Assembly: GCF_009834535.1 (NCBI RefSeq)
Contig: NC_045698.1
Coordinates: forward strand, 58,652,001-58,716,000
Direction of reading: 5' to 3'
Source of the DNA: Camelus ferus
Lineage: Eukaryota
Length of the DNA: 64,000 nt
The notes beneath the pieces were generated by a model. It did no database searches and was not told the DNA's origin. It saw nothing but the letters and a program-made list of their open reading frames with translations. A program made the translations under genes and the position numbers. Below, one piece after another: positions 63,594 to 64,000 of the stretch. The first letter of the stretch is position 1. Each line of letters opens with the position of its first letter.

Positions 63594-64000
63594 CTGGTGA
63601 AGAGAAGAGACAAGCCACCCATGTCTGTCTGCTTTGGTCCTCAGCTGATTTATTGATTTTACATTTTGTCCAATTAATGGGTGTGGTTTATAATGTTCTC
63701 TTTTTTATTTAAGAGGATGCCTGCACCCACTGTAGTTTCTCTGGCCCCCACGGATTTCAGATGACAGTAGCTGGTAGAGGAGCAACACAGCAACTCACTC
63801 ATTCCAGCAGTTGTCATGATGCATTCAAGTTCATCTTATAGTTTCCAGCCAGTTCAACCTTTCCTCAGGAGGAGTAAAAAGAGAAAGGAAAAAAAAAAAG
63901 CAAAAAACAGAATTCTTTTTCCTTGAATTGCTGATATGCCAAAATAGGAAATTAAGAGTAAGTGAGGATCCTAGGTTCATGCTGTGATTTAAGAAAAGGA

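Noticed and set aside
1-64000. Prokaryotic or viral systems (CRISPR arrays, operons, IS elements, ERV gag/pol)
   Set aside because: No regularly spaced repeats and no long intact ORFs; repeat content and CpG depletion are mammalian.

Overview
Mammalian genomic DNA, AT-rich and almost entirely non-coding. It is very probably camelid (Camelus/Vicugna/Lama), because a tRNA-derived SINE of the camelid type with a perfect 15-bp TSD sits at 1857-2007 and there are two cetartiodactyl-type L1 3' ends. I find no complete protein-coding gene, tRNA, rRNA, CRISPR or recognisable miRNA. The ORF track is consistent with chance ORFs and ORFs running through N gaps. Bases 1-44.6 kb are ordinary intron-like sequence with old MIR, L2, L1M and hAT (MER) relics, a few motif-dense CpG-retaining patches (29.3-29.65 kb, 37.5-38.45 kb) and assembly gaps. 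From about 44.6 to 61.3 kb the sequence is nearly free of recognisable transposons and carries several minus-strand 5'-exon/promoter candidates, with donors after 48611, 51314 and 55437 and further small exons at 62.6-63.9 kb. One candidate ends in a strong-Kozak ATG-G|gtgagt. This looks like the alternative-promoter region of a large developmental regulator transcribed right to left, whose first common coding exon lies beyond base 1. My best hypothesis is SOX6; this rests on recollection and paralogy, is unverified, and I assign no gene symbol. All exon calls are motif-based predictions without expression or conservation data.
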